A stretch of 64,000 bases of DNA from the human T2T-CHM13v2.0 reference genome, Homo sapiens. The notes under the pieces were generated by a model. The model had not been told where the DNA came from, searched no databases, and worked only from the letters and a program-made list of their open reading frames with translations. Shown here piece by piece: positions 33,193-47,700 of the stretch. The translations under genes and the position numbers were made by a program. The stretch's first letter is position 1. The number at the start of each line of letters is the position of its first letter. Location of the stretch: the NCBI RefSeq assembly GCF_009914755.1, contig NC_060925.1; one strand, written 5' to 3'.

Positions 33193-34919
33193 TCACAATA
33201 TAATTTTTAAAAACATGACTTTGGATCATATTTTTTAAAAAGACAAAATATACGCAAAGTTTTGAGAAACTATGATCCATGTGGAGGTCAGGGGTGTGTC
33301 GGTCCTCATATAGACAGGGTGGAATAATTGTAACTACACTAAGGAGTTGTCCATCAACTGTCCATGTGGAAGGAGGCAGTGGCAGGGTAAAATCTGGAGT
33401 CAGCTTTTAAATTTCTGTCAGCGAAGCTTGACCTTGTTTCATTAGTGCAGGAGACTGTTTGTAGATAGTGGCTTCCTGAATTTTACAGACAAGCCTCATG
33501 ATGAGAAAAGAACTGAAATTACAGATGATGAGATAGATATTTAATAGACAAGAACAGCTGATATGTAGAAAGTGGGATGCTGAGTCATAAGTTAAAATGC
33601 ATAATTTAATTATTAGAGATAATCAGTAAATCTTTACATCCAGGAACAGAATAAAATACAAATTACATAGTCAGCACAATTCAGGGCTTACAAGCTATGA
33701 GACTAAAGCAAAATAACAAAAAATGGCAGCTAAGTTAATTGACCATTTCCATTTTATTAATTGGAGAATGATATGGCAATCATTTAAATGGAAAAGAACC
33801 ATATTTTGTGGAAAATACATATTAACCATTCCAGATACTTTCTTCAGTAAAATATTTTCTTCCTGTTATCAGAGTATTTTTATTATTGGTGCTCTTAATA
33901 TTTAAAAAGTATGCGATATCTCTGGGCCTTAATTTTCTCATCTGTAAAATAAGGGTGTTGGGGCACTAGTTTTAGTACTTCATTCTATGAGAGTGGTACT
34001 GCAAAATTTTCACAAATGTTTTATTCCATTTCATGGAAGCTGATGTTGACAAAGACTGTGATCGTTATCCATATTCCTGGATTTCAGTTTCTGTTTCTCA
34101 AACAGCCTTATTGATCTTATTGATAAGCCTTACAATTAACAAATAGTATACATTCAAGCTTATAAAATAAATGTATTCTGATGTTTCAGAATGGTTTTAC
34201 TTGTTGAGTTCTTTATAATATTTTGTTGGGGGAAACATGGTTTTATTGCTTACACAACAACAACAACAAAATTGGAAAGGATTGAGCTTCAAGGTTTGCC
34301 TGGCACTCAGACTCTGAGAGTATATACAAGCAGCATTCCTAAGCTTGTAGGTCCAAGAAGTAGTAGATGCAGGCTTTGCCCTAACCTCGCTCATCACCTC
34401 GAAATAATACCCTTGAAGGACTAGGGCCCATTTCCCCACACCACTTTCCACTTTAAAATGTCACTCAAAGGATCTAACGGTCTCTTTGCCCTTTTTGAAC
34501 TGTCCCACAAGGGAAGAAGATCATGCTATATCTTTAGGTGAAAAAAGCAAACTACAAGGAAATATGAATACTTCCATCTATTTTATAAAAAAAATGTAGC
34601 TGAATCTAGACAGATAAGTGCTAGAAAGATATAGATTGTGTTACCTTTATAGATGCACTAGGTGCTATATGAAGCGCTCTTTTTTTAAACTCATGTTTTG
34701 TCCTCAGTCTCTCAAATGAGGCAGATATTATTATCATCTTCATTTTACAGATGAGGAAACTGATGCATAGCAATTATTTATAAAACTTACCTTACAAATG
34801 CATAGAAAAAAATTCTGGAAGCATTTACTCTAAAAGTTGTAAGACTATGTGTGATGTTTGCTCTTTTGCCTGTGTATAATTTCTAAAAAGAGTTTGTATC
34901 ACTTATGTAACAAAGTGAA

Positions 34920-34972
34920 CGGGGAGACTGTCAGTTCCCACGTTCGCGGGGAGACTGTCAGTTCCCATGTTC
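34920..34972. repeat. 27-bp tandem duplication inside an imperfect palindrome
   Basis: CGGGGAGACTGTCAGTTCCCA(C/T)GTTC twice. Confidence 0.93.
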
Positions 34973-35131
34973 ATTTTCCCATGTTCTCATTTGGCGTGTG
35001 AGCAGTGGAGGGCTTGGAATCACAGACCCCGCCCTGCTTGGGAATGGGACAATGATCCGTTAAGATTTGCAGATGGTTTTCTGCTCTGTGTTATATGGGA
35101 TGGTAGCAATTTTTATTCAATTGGAAGGAAG

Positions 35132-35441
35132 GGCTGGGTGCAATGGCTCATGCCTACAATTTCAACACTTTGGGAGGCTGAGGCAGGAGGATCGCTTGAG
35201 CTCAGGAGTTCAAGACCAGCCTGAGCAACAAAGTGAGACCTCCGTCTTTCCAAACATTTAAAAATTAGCTGGGCATAGTTGTGCCTGGCTGTGGTCCCAG
35301 CTGCTTGGGAGGCTGAGGTGGGAGGATTTCTTGAGTCTAGGAGGTCAAGGAAGTCAAGGCTGCAGTGAGCCGGGATCATGCCACTGCACTTCAACCTGGG
35401 CAACAGAGCAAGACCATGTCAAAAACAAACAAACAAAAAAA
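35132..35441 (+). mobile_element. AluJ
   Basis: J diagnostics (GGAGGATCGCTTGAG, CAAGGCTGCAGTGAG). Confidence 0.93.
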
Positions 35442-36965
35442 CCATTGGCAAGAAGAAGTGGTTACAATAATTTGGAAAGAACCCTTGCTCTAGGCCGCTT
35501 GCATTTTATTAAGGGTGAGTCTTCAACCTTCCCTAGCAGGCTAGGATTATTCTGTCAGAGCCAAACCCCAGATAAGTCAGGCTTGCAGAAAATGTGTATT
35601 CATCTACCTGGTTCTATGAGAACCAGGGAACTAGTGCTAGCTCATGCCACTATTCTATTGAACTGCTTATTTTTGGTTTGTGTTATTAATATGCATTGTT
35701 TAACTTCTTCAATGAGATTATAAATTCCTGGGTGGAAGTGATGCTCTGGGAAATACCTCTTCATTTTTCCCAGAATGGATTAAACATAAAAAGTACACTT
35801 TTTATGGTACTTGAATGAAATGGAATCAAATATATATATATATATAAATAAAATGGTAGATTTTGGCAATTTGGGGTATTTATTTTCTGTAACAAATAAA
35901 TCAATAAACAAAAAATGGAAGTGTCTTCCCTTTCCCTTCCCTTCCTTTTCCTTTCCCTTCCCTTCTTCTTTCTCTTCCCTTCTCCTTTCTGAGCAATTCC
36001 ATCCTAAATCCATTGTATGGAGCAGAGAAAGGTAGACATCCATTCAGATGGGTGGCCTGGTGTGGGATGTCAGAGCCCAGATGGGATGGGGGCTCTACTC
36101 AGGGACAGGGGCAGCAATGATGATAAGATATTGGCTATATACAGGGGATTTGATCTAATAAAAAAATTAAAAATAATGGGAACTAAGGTTCTCGTTGTAG
36201 AAGAGAGTTAGAAATAAGGAAAGGGAGAAAACTAGAATGAACACTGTGGTGTTGAATTGATATTGGAGATACCAGTGTGAACTCATGGATTTCAGTAAAT
36301 ATATGTAAATATGGAAATAAATTCAGATGTAAATGTGTTTATGTATATCTTTGTCAATACGTGTGTGTCTGTGTGTGTCTGTCTGTGTGTATATTCCTTA
36401 CCTAAATACTTTTCTTTGTTGTGTTTTCAATTCCACATTTAATTCATCTGGGATTTATTTTTATGTGCAGTATGAGATGGGTGCCACATTTTTTTGACCA
36501 AATAGCCAGCCAATTTTCCCAACACTGTTTATTAAACAATTCACCTATCTTCATTGATCTGAGATGCTTCCATTCTGATATGCACATATTAGGTTGACTG
36601 TAAACATCTTAGAAAAGCAACATTGATCTTGTTAATGATGGAGCAATGCTGACACATCTCCATTTCTCCTGCTCTAACATCTTGGGCATCAATAGCCTAT
36701 TTCCAACTGAGTGTTCAAAAGACATCCTTAAGGTCAACATTTCCCAAACTAAACTGATCCCATTTGTCTTCATGAATTCCTGACCTCAGAAAACAACATC
36801 ATCAGCAGCCTAACTGCCCAGTGATCTTTCAACTACTCTGACCCTGTCCTCCCCTCTCACTGTTAAATCTCTTCCTTCTTTCCCTATTCTCTGCAACTCC
36901 TGAGTTTGGACTTTTCTCATGAGCTATTATGATTATATTTGTTTCCAATGTAATATTGAAAATCT

Positions 36966-37055
36966 TTCAAAAATTGAAAGAATCCATGAGAAAATAAAGC
37001 ATTTGGCCTGTTTGACAGTCAGGGCTGATTTGAAGAATCTGAGTGACCAGATCCC
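36966..37055 (+). repeat. 90-bp non-tandem local duplication (other copy 39825-39914)
   Basis: 81/90 ungapped identity by manual alignment. Confidence 0.92.
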
Positions 37056-38666
37056 ATCTAATCTACCTTTCACACTGATTTCTGAATAATAAATAGAAAT
37101 AATAAGTAAATAAATATAATATAGTCATATGGGCCTGTGCCTGTGATTCTGCAACTCAAAAACCTTCAAGTCTGTGTGTTGTCTTAAACACCATAGCTGA
37201 ACATTCAAGGTCACTGGGGTTGACCTTCTAGATGTTCTTTCTTCTGCCTGACTTGCACTTTCATCACTTGTATTAAGCTCCGGTCCTGGAACATGCCAAA
37301 TATTTTCCCAATTTTGTACTTTTTTGCCTTGCATGGAAAGCTGCCCCTTTCCCCTCTATCAAAAATTGTATTATCTTTTAAGGTCCAGCTTAAACACAGC
37401 CCTCTTCCATAAAGTGTTTCCCTAATCCTCCAGCTGGAATTATTACTTACCACCTGTTTTCAAAGCACTATGTTTGTGCTGTATTGTATTATGTGTTTCA
37501 TTATGCTTAGTATGGAAGTGCTATAACCTTGGTTTTCAGATCCAGATTTTAGCCCCTGAAGCCAGGACTGCATCTTTGTTACCTCTGACCACTGCCTGCA
37601 GCTAGCAGTTTTAGTACACTCACTTTGGCACCTAGCTAAGTGCTCTTACCCCTCTCCTCCTCTTCCCTTCCCTTCCATATTGATTTAATGAGCCGCAATG
37701 TATACCAGGCACTGTTCTAGCACTTAGGACACTGTGATGAACCAGACAAAGTTCTTGTCCTTATGACGCTTATGTTTTACGAGGAGTCTTAATTAACCCT
37801 TTCAAGAACCCTGTGACATAGGGGCTATTGTAAATTACTCAGGAGTTGAGTAACATATTTGGTAAGTAGCATAACTGGAATTCAAACTCAGATCTATGTG
37901 ATATCACTTGTCCCTAGCACCATAGCTTGTTGAAATATTTGTGGAACTGGGAATAAGTTTGGTGCTTCAAGAGGATTAAATAGGATACTCCTCTAGATGC
38001 TGAACTGAGAGGAAAACAATTATGTGTCACTACTGAAAAAGCCATGACCCCCTTTGCTCTCTCCATATGCTCAGGAAATAAATATAGAAACCAAGTCTTA
38101 TTGCCAAGTTTGATCTTCAATTCTAACTGAGGGCCCATGTTGCTTTATTACAGAAAGTTGAAAAGAAAGAGAAACTCACATTTTTTTTGAGGTAGATGCA
38201 TCCACATATTTTATTTTTTTAAAATCTTCATAAAAACAATGCAAGGTAGATATTGCTGTCTCCATTTCTACAGGTAGAGAAACAGATCCAGAGGGGTTAA
38301 ATAACTGTCCACAATCATGGCTATTTCCTGGTATTATGTTTTGAACAGGAATTTTATAAGCCATACATAGAACTTATATCAATTGAGTCATTTTAAATGT
38401 ACATGGAGAAGATTCTATTTAAAGGACTTCTATAAAAGGTAGATTAATTCAATAAATGGTGATGGGATTTACTGATTTGCCATTTTGGGGTTAAAAAAAA
38501 AAAGACAAGTAAAACTGGATCCTTATATCATCTCTTATACCAAAATAAATTCCAGATGGATCAAAGATTTACATGTAAAACATGAAATCACAGACATCCT
38601 AGAAGAACACATGGATGCATATTTTTATAATTATAGAATGGGCAAGACTTTACAAAATTTAACCCT

Positions 38667-39095
<429 letters not shown>

Positions 39096-39140
39096 TTATA
39101 TAAAAATTTGAATTTTGTATAGCAAACTTTAGTCTCTTTA

Positions 39141-39468
<328 letters not shown>

Positions 39469-40401
39469 TAGGCAAAGGCAAAAAGAAAATGAGGAGAAAT
39501 ATTTTCTTTCACTTTTTTTTCTTCTATCCTTTCTTACCTTCAAGGAAAGGAGAAATATTTTCTTTGGTTTCTAGACCTTAGGTAGATCTCACCAAAGGAC
39601 TGCTGGGCTATTTGAAGCCAAATCCCTGCTAGTAATGCAGCACTGTATGGCCTGGCCATGTCTCACATGACAAAGTGATAGTCACCAGCCAATCAGAAAC
39701 AGAATTGGGGATCAGTATCTATCCTGGACTGTATGTTTCCTGCAAGTCTCAAATTACAACAGAATTCACAAATTACTACCTGGGGACTTGATGGAAGAAA
39801 ATAATGTGATTCACTGCTTGAGGCTTCAAAAATTGAAAGAATGAATGTGGAAGTAAAGCATTTGGACTGTTTGATAGTCAGGGCTGATGTGATGAATCTG
39901 AGTGACCAGATCCCCAGAGCTCCCTGTCATTCCTTCTTGAAGCTGGGTTTCGGTCATAGGAGAGGGAAGAAAAGCAAGAATGAAAGGGCAGGTGAAATCT
40001 ATTTGATTCTTGGCGGAAAACTAGGTTTTCTGTGTGAAGTGGTGCTTTACTATTTTTGAAGGATACTTACCTGACAGGAAACTATAACTGAGTTTATGTG
40101 ACTTTTCTCAGCAAAATTATGGAACATCTCAGTATAGTAAACATTGGGGACTGGGTTAGAGGGCTACAGGGGACTTGCCGTGTATTTGTGTTACATTTAT
40201 ATTTGCCAAGTGCATATCCTCTCTTAAGCTCTTGCTTAGGCATAACAAACGTGAGCTTATTTGGGATGAGCAATAGATATTTTATTTTGTATAGCTGTGC
40301 TTCTATTCTCCATAGTTCCACTAGTATTTAAATTATTTTCTAATGAGACTTTCTGCATTATGCTGAAGCTTTGCAATAGGAAGACCGGAGTTTAGGAAGT
40401 C

Positions 40402-40512
40402 CATTGACCAACCCCAGCCTAGTCATCTTTGCTTTGTAAGGGAATCTCAGTGTTTGTCATTGACCCAACCCAGTCTAGTCACCTTTGCCTGTGATAGAAT
40501 CTCAGTGTTCGT
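40402..40512. repeat. Diverged tandem duplication of about 56 bp
   Basis: CATTGACC...CTAGTCA(T/C)CTTTGC...GAATCTCAGTGTT twice. Confidence 0.85.
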
Positions 40513-40661
40513 GGGGTGTGTGTCAGAGTGAGAAAGAGGGATAGTTGAAAGAGGGGAGCATAATCAAAGAGCTCTAACACTTTGAGGCCCAGGTGGCTCT
40601 GGTGTGGGACATCCTTAAAGGAATATGACTCTGGTAATCTTTGCATTTCGAAAAAGATTAA

Positions 40662-40945
40662 GCCTGCTGCAGTGGCTCATGCCTGTAATCCCAGCACTTT
40701 GGGAGGCCAAAGTGGGCAGATCAGTTGTGGTCAGGAGTTTGAGACCAGCCTGGCCAATAAGGTGAAACCCTGTTTCTACTAAAAATACAAAAATTAGCCA
40801 GGTGTGGTGGTGGGTGCCTATAATCCCAGCTACCCGGGAGGCTGAGGCATGAGAATCACTTGAACCCAGGAGGCAGATGTTGCAGTGAGCCAAGATTGCA
40901 CCACTGGGCAATAGAGCAAGACTCAGTCTCCGAAAAAAAAAAAAA
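40662..40945 (+). mobile_element. AluS with about 12-bp deletion in right arm
   Basis: Alu sequence; TSD AAAAAGATTAA. Confidence 0.93.
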
Positions 40946-41605
40946 AAAAGATTAATGAGCTGTCACAGAACCCTGAGAATGAGACATGAGACATGGAGAA
41001 GACAGTGGAAACCAGGTGGATCTTCACACCTAAAAACTTGAATAAGAAGACAAGGGAGAGAAATTCCCAAGCACACCTTATCAAGCTGGGCAGTTTCTCA
41101 GTGCCAGCCTCATTAGCGAGCTGGAGTGGATGTGCACAAACACTCACATTACTTCATGGAAACAGTTAAACAGTGGAACCCAGAAAAGTTTGGACTTAGG
41201 GCAAATCAGCAAGGGGACAGGGTGAGGGCAGGAAGACTGCGCTCAGAGATGTTGCAATTTCGGTATAAATGCCTATGAGGCCTCCCAGGCAAGAGAAGTC
41301 TGAATATTGTTACATTTTAGGGTTCATCCAGGATTTTCCTGAATCCTAATGCTGTACACCTCTGTTGCAAGGACAAATTATTCCCTCTAAGAATTATGGT
41401 CAACTAGTATTTGGAAATGTTGATACTGCAGGAAGCCTAATGCATGGAAATGGGTGTGGAATCTGAGCTTGTTTGTGACTGCCAGTGAATAGTGAAGAGC
41501 CTGAAATGAAAAATACCTGACAGGTTCCTTGAAAGACCCTGGAAAGGGATAAAATGCTTGGCAAGTTTTTTAGGAAGGGGGAGGAAGCAAATGTAGCCTT
41601 ACTAG

Positions 41606-41974
<369 letters not shown>

Positions 41975-43272
41975 TGAATACTGAATTTCTGTACAGACTG
42001 AAGCTATTCCTAGATCAAGATAGACAAGGAATGTCAGACATGACGCAAATCCTTAAGTAATAGTTCACCCAGTGGATTTAAACCTAAGCAGGCCATGTGT
42101 CATATGCATATGAGCTCAAGTTCTGGAACAGACATGGTGGAAACCATGGAGGTGAGGGGCAAAAGCCAGGTGTGTTTCTCAAGAGTATCACCACAGCAGC
42201 CCTGGGAGGAGAGACATTTAAACTCTGGCTAGGGAAAACCTGTGACACTGCGAAAACTGCATGTACCAGAAGTGAAGTAGTAATAGCCCCAAACACAATC
42301 CTAACAATAGCTTACATTTACTGGTTGCTTACTAGGTTGCAGGCATTGTGTGGAGCACTTTACGAGCTTTATCTCATTTAGGAAATTGAAGGGGGTTGAT
42401 GGAGAACTTTAGAGGCTTGACATTTGAGGTCATATATATCCTAAGGGATATTGTACTTCAATAAGAGTGGTAAAATGTTCAAGAACTCTTCAGGAGGTAT
42501 GTGGAAGTCCTATAAACTGTAGAGCTACACACGTAAAATTGCTAAATTATCAGTGAACAAATTTTTTAAAAGCTTACTTTTTAAAACTGGAAATCCTATG
42601 GTGGAAGATGGTCAAGAAGAAAGCATGGATTAGAGTCTCTGTGAACAAGCAATCATTGAGGCTGCCTGGAACAGAACACTTCAATCAAAGCCCCAGCTGC
42701 CAGTCCCAGGACAGGCTCCTAATTCCCTCCAGCTGCCAAGACTAGAGACAAGCAGCATGAAATGCCAGTCCAAATCAGGGGGGAGTCACCCAGACCAATT
42801 GGGACAGTCACTTAACTGCTAGAAAGGCAAAGGCCTTACTTCACCCTAGGGCTTCTGAGAAGTCTGGTTAAGTGGCCTTCTGCCAGCTTCAAGGGTCAGT
42901 TAGCCAAGAAAAAAAATGTGAAAGAGGGTGCCCATAAAACAGCTAAACAAAACTGTGCTTTCATGGATGGTGCAGAGAACAAGGCTGTATGCAAACAGAA
43001 AATGATCAGGATGAAAACCCATCTTTACTATTCCCAATATAAACTAGCATTACAGTGAGTCAGACATGGCAATGTGGGCCAGGATATGAACTGGTCGTAT
43101 CACAATAGCAGTCCTTAGGCATGCAGAGATTTAAGGATATCAGAGTAGAGTTGAAAAAGAACATGGAGGGATTTGGTGTTCAAGCAGTGCAGGAGAGTGG
43201 ATCCCAAGCAATGATTTCTTCTCAGTCTCCCCATGACCCATACCTGACCTACCTCCCTTTGCAAGAATCTGA

Positions 43273-43935
<663 letters not shown>

Positions 43936-44054
43936 ATCCTTATGCACTTTGGAGCTGTGGGTAGGGTTCCAAAGGCTTGAATTTCCAGAAGGAAGGGAAG
44001 AAGTGGATGTGGATGTCAGTGGCTGTGTGCTTGAAATGGAAAGATAGGACCAAG

Positions 44055-44258
44055 TGAGAGGTGAAGCCAGCTGGACTTCCTGGGTCAAGTGGGGACTTGG
44101 AGAATTTTTCTGTCTAGCTAGAGGATTGTAAATGCACCAATCAGTGCTCTGTGTCTAGCTAAAGGATTGTAAATGGACCAATCAGTGCTCTGTAAAATGG
44201 ACCAATCAGCAGGATGTGGGCAGGGCCAAATAAGGGAATAAAAGCTGGCCACCCCAGC
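44055..44258 (+). mobile_element. LTR12F-like ERV9 LTR, U3 portion only
   Basis: TGAGAGGTGAAGCCAGCTGGACTTCCTGGG start, tandem CCAATCAG units, AATAAAAGCTGGCCACCCCAGC, then abrupt end. Confidence 0.9.
44130..44250 (+). promoter_or_regulatory. LTR12 promoter module: 3 CCAAT (NF-Y) boxes, GC-box-like element, AATAAAA TATA-like box
   Basis: CCAAT at 44137, 44178, 44202; GGGCAGGG at about 44218; AATAAAA at 44237. Activity unknown. Confidence 0.5.
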
Positions 44259-44269
44259 TTTTATTGGTA

Positions 44270-44730
44270 CTTCCCAAACTTCTGACGTTCTAGTACTACC
44301 ACCTTCAAGATTTTGGCCACATCCTTGTATTTAATGTTTTTCCTTAAATTGGTGAGTATTTTAAACTTACATATACTTTTTTAAGGAAGAAACTTCATAT
44401 CATGACTGTAAAAGAAAACCAATATCATTTGCCATAAATAGGAGGTAACAATAAAAACAAGTACTTACATAATAAAAACCAAAACAGTGTTGTAAAACCC
44501 TAGCTAGATACCATTACAAGCCAAAGGCTCTCAGCCTGAGGCCTTTTCTCTCTTTTAAAAAGGGAGATTAGCAAGTGATAGACCATACAAGGACCAAATG
44601 GAAACTTTCTCCTTGGAATAATGAGCAGGAGTGTGATAGAAGTGGAAAGGGAATAACTCTCTCACTATGTGATTCAATGCCATTTAATGTTGTTGTCTGG
44701 GTATCACTGATAATCGTCTCCAGTGTCAGT
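44270..44730. mobile_element. hAT-Charlie fossil (MER113-like)
   Basis: Recalled similarity (GAAAACCAATATCATTTGCCATAAATAGGAGGTAAC); boundaries approximate. Confidence 0.5.
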
Positions 44731-47700
44731 TAGGCTCAAATCATGATTTGTGTTCTGTATACGGTGGGAAACACAGTTCTTGACCCTCTTAGAGTGATGT
44801 AAACCTCATCCACCTGGAATGGAGTGAAAATAAGATGGGAACTCAGAGAAAAAAAGGTATTTAAAAACTCTAAAAAGCAGATTAGGAAAATTAAGAAGCA
44901 GCAACACGGCAGGAGCAAAAGATACACAAACATAAGGCAAAACATAAAAGAAGGTGAGAGGATAAACTCAATGTTTGAAAGTAAGCAAAGACAGCTCACA
45001 AAAGGAAGAAGCAAAGCTAATTAAAGACTGAAAGTGGATATGAAGTGACATCACATCCAATCAAGATAAGCATGAACAGAAATGCAGAAAGCTATCCAAA
45101 TAAGCACATGGGCTAAGTCTGTAGGCCACATCAGCTGTTTACTCCCTGCCCTCTGTTCTTGAGGGAAAATGGGGGAGGTGTGAGAGAAATGGCTGACACT
45201 TCCGTGTGTGCATCATGAGATCATTACACAACTGAACCTGCTGGTGGCAGGAACAGGACCGACTGAGAGTCAGGCATTTCAGCTACTTTCAAACAAACAT
45301 ATTCTTCATTTGCCCATGATTTAAAAAATGCGCATTTGTCCAGCTGAGTTTTACTTCTCAGATAGCTGTTTTGCATGTAGAATTTAAATTGCCCAGTACT
45401 TAATTTGTTTTTCTAGAAGGCAATAAAAGGTAATTTATAACTGGTAGGTTCGGTGGCCAGAGAGAGTGATAAAATTCTAAACCCAAGGCATTGGTATTCA
45501 GTGCTTTTAGCTATTCCTCTATATAATCTAGTTTACGGCAAAGTAAAGATGGGTCACTTGGGGCTCCTATAGTTGCCATTTATGCCTCAGAAAATAATTG
45601 TTAATGATTGGGGCAAGGTAAATAAATAGAAGACCAATAAAGCTCAAGGTGAAAGCTGTGTTCAGATCACACCAGAAGCTACACATACGCTAATTAACAT
45701 AAAACTGTTTCATTGGTGTAAACATTCCACTGTCTGGATTGTTAACAGTCGCATGGGCATAAAAAACATCAACATGTAATAACATAATTAATGTATCTAA
45801 TATAAACTTTATAAATGTATTTTTAAGCTTCAAGACAGTGTTTCTCAAGTACTGTTACAAATGTGGTTTTCTGAATTTTGAATCCTTTCAATTTTCTTTT
45901 GTTCTCACATTGACAGAATGAAGTGGGAACCATACTGATGATAAGACTTGCTAGATTTTAATGTAAAATAATTTTAGAATAATATTTTACATTTATATAG
46001 TATGTTACAGTCTATAGAGTATTCTCACATCCCCACTGACCTTCACCATGACTCCGTAAGGCAAGTAGACTTTACAGAGGAGTTAACAGGCTCAGCAAGA
46101 TTAAATGACTTGCTCAAGCCCACACAGCCAGTAAGTGAGGCTGACATTTAAAATGAGCATGTGTTGAAGCTAGTGTGTGTTGTCAGGGGAGAAGAGGCTG
46201 ACTATGGCCTCAGAAACCTCACAGGTGACCTTACTTCATGAAGTCCCCAGGTTATATGATCTGTCCCTAGCTTGTCAATGTCCCAGAATGTTGCAATCCA
46301 AGTCAACCGAAGTACTCTGATCAAACCCATAGGAGACTGAATTCTAAACCAGTAAGCTGGTTTGTTTGTTGTCAGAAGCATTACTGCCATGTGAACCGGA
46401 AAGAATGCAGTTGCTGGTACCACCAGTATACTCTCTTCCTGTAGGCAGAATTACATGGGATGACGCACTACAATCACGAGATTAAATGATAGGCATGGAG
46501 GGAGACTAGGAGACAAATGTTGAGGAGCGGGCAAGGAAAAAAGTGACATGTATTGATACAAGATGCCTATCATTATCATGATCAATTTCATTATTACCTG
46601 TACTTATTATCTTCATCTGTCCCATTCTAGAAAGGAAGAAATTGAGACACAAAAAGATTAATTAACTTGCCCAAGCATTTGTTGGATTTCATTTTTAGGT
46701 AGCGCTTCCTGAGGTGGATTTCTCACACTTAAGCCAGAAGCTACTTGCTCTAATTACAGCAGAAAAAAAGATAGAACCCACATAGTGGGTTGGGGCATAC
46801 GAGCTTGCAAGGTGTAGATACATCTATGGGTAAAAACCCACATTAAGGGCCAGGATGATTCACTTTGAGTCTTGGCTCCTCAACTGGCAGCATCAGTGAA
46901 TTTATGTTATGTATTTATTTAAATGATACCCTCAGAAATGTAGCCCCCTCTGTAGGTGATCTTATATAATGGAGCCAGCTGAGAGGTGGTTCAGGACTTG
47001 AATTTAAAGTTTTCAAAAATTTCCTGGAAATTTTTTATTAAAGAGTGACATAAATACCCTATTACTAATATTTAATCTGATGAGCAGCCATAGGGGACCT
47101 TTATGCCTTCTCCTTTTGCAATTTTATAGCTTCTACATTATTTTTTAGAGGTTTAAATATATCAGCTCTTCACGACTCCGTAGGTTTTAATTATCAAAGC
47201 AGCTACATCAATTTTTACCAAAAGCAGAGTGACCTTATTTTATAACTGAAACAAAGTCCAAAGCTTGGTCCCAGCAGCAGGCAGTTAATAGGTCATTCCA
47301 TAAAGATTTATGTACACTTTGTGGATACAGAAGAATTTTAAATAGGGGAAGTCAAACTTATGGACTCACTTGTCTTTCATTACTTTAGGCAAGATAGGAT
47401 TTACTTCAATTAAGAGCTGTATCCTGGCTAAATGGGGCTTATTTTTATGAAGACTCAAAAAAAAAATACTAAATTCGCAACTAATCTTAATATACCTTTG
47501 GGAGTAATAAACACAATAATCAAGTTTTCTTTTGTTTCAGCATGAAGGTAGCTTCACTGTGGGATGAGAGAAACAGGCAGTGTTTCATAGTTATATTTAT
47601 ACACCTGACATAAGAAAAATATTCCTCCAAAGCGAAAGCAAAACCTAGGGCAGAAATAGCTGGGTGTTGGAGGGAGGTGGGTATGTGTGTAGGAGAGGGT

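Noticed and set aside
45237-45251. CTCF-like motif CCTGCTGGTGGCAGG
   Set aside because: Two mismatches at informative core positions; not supportable without ChIP data.
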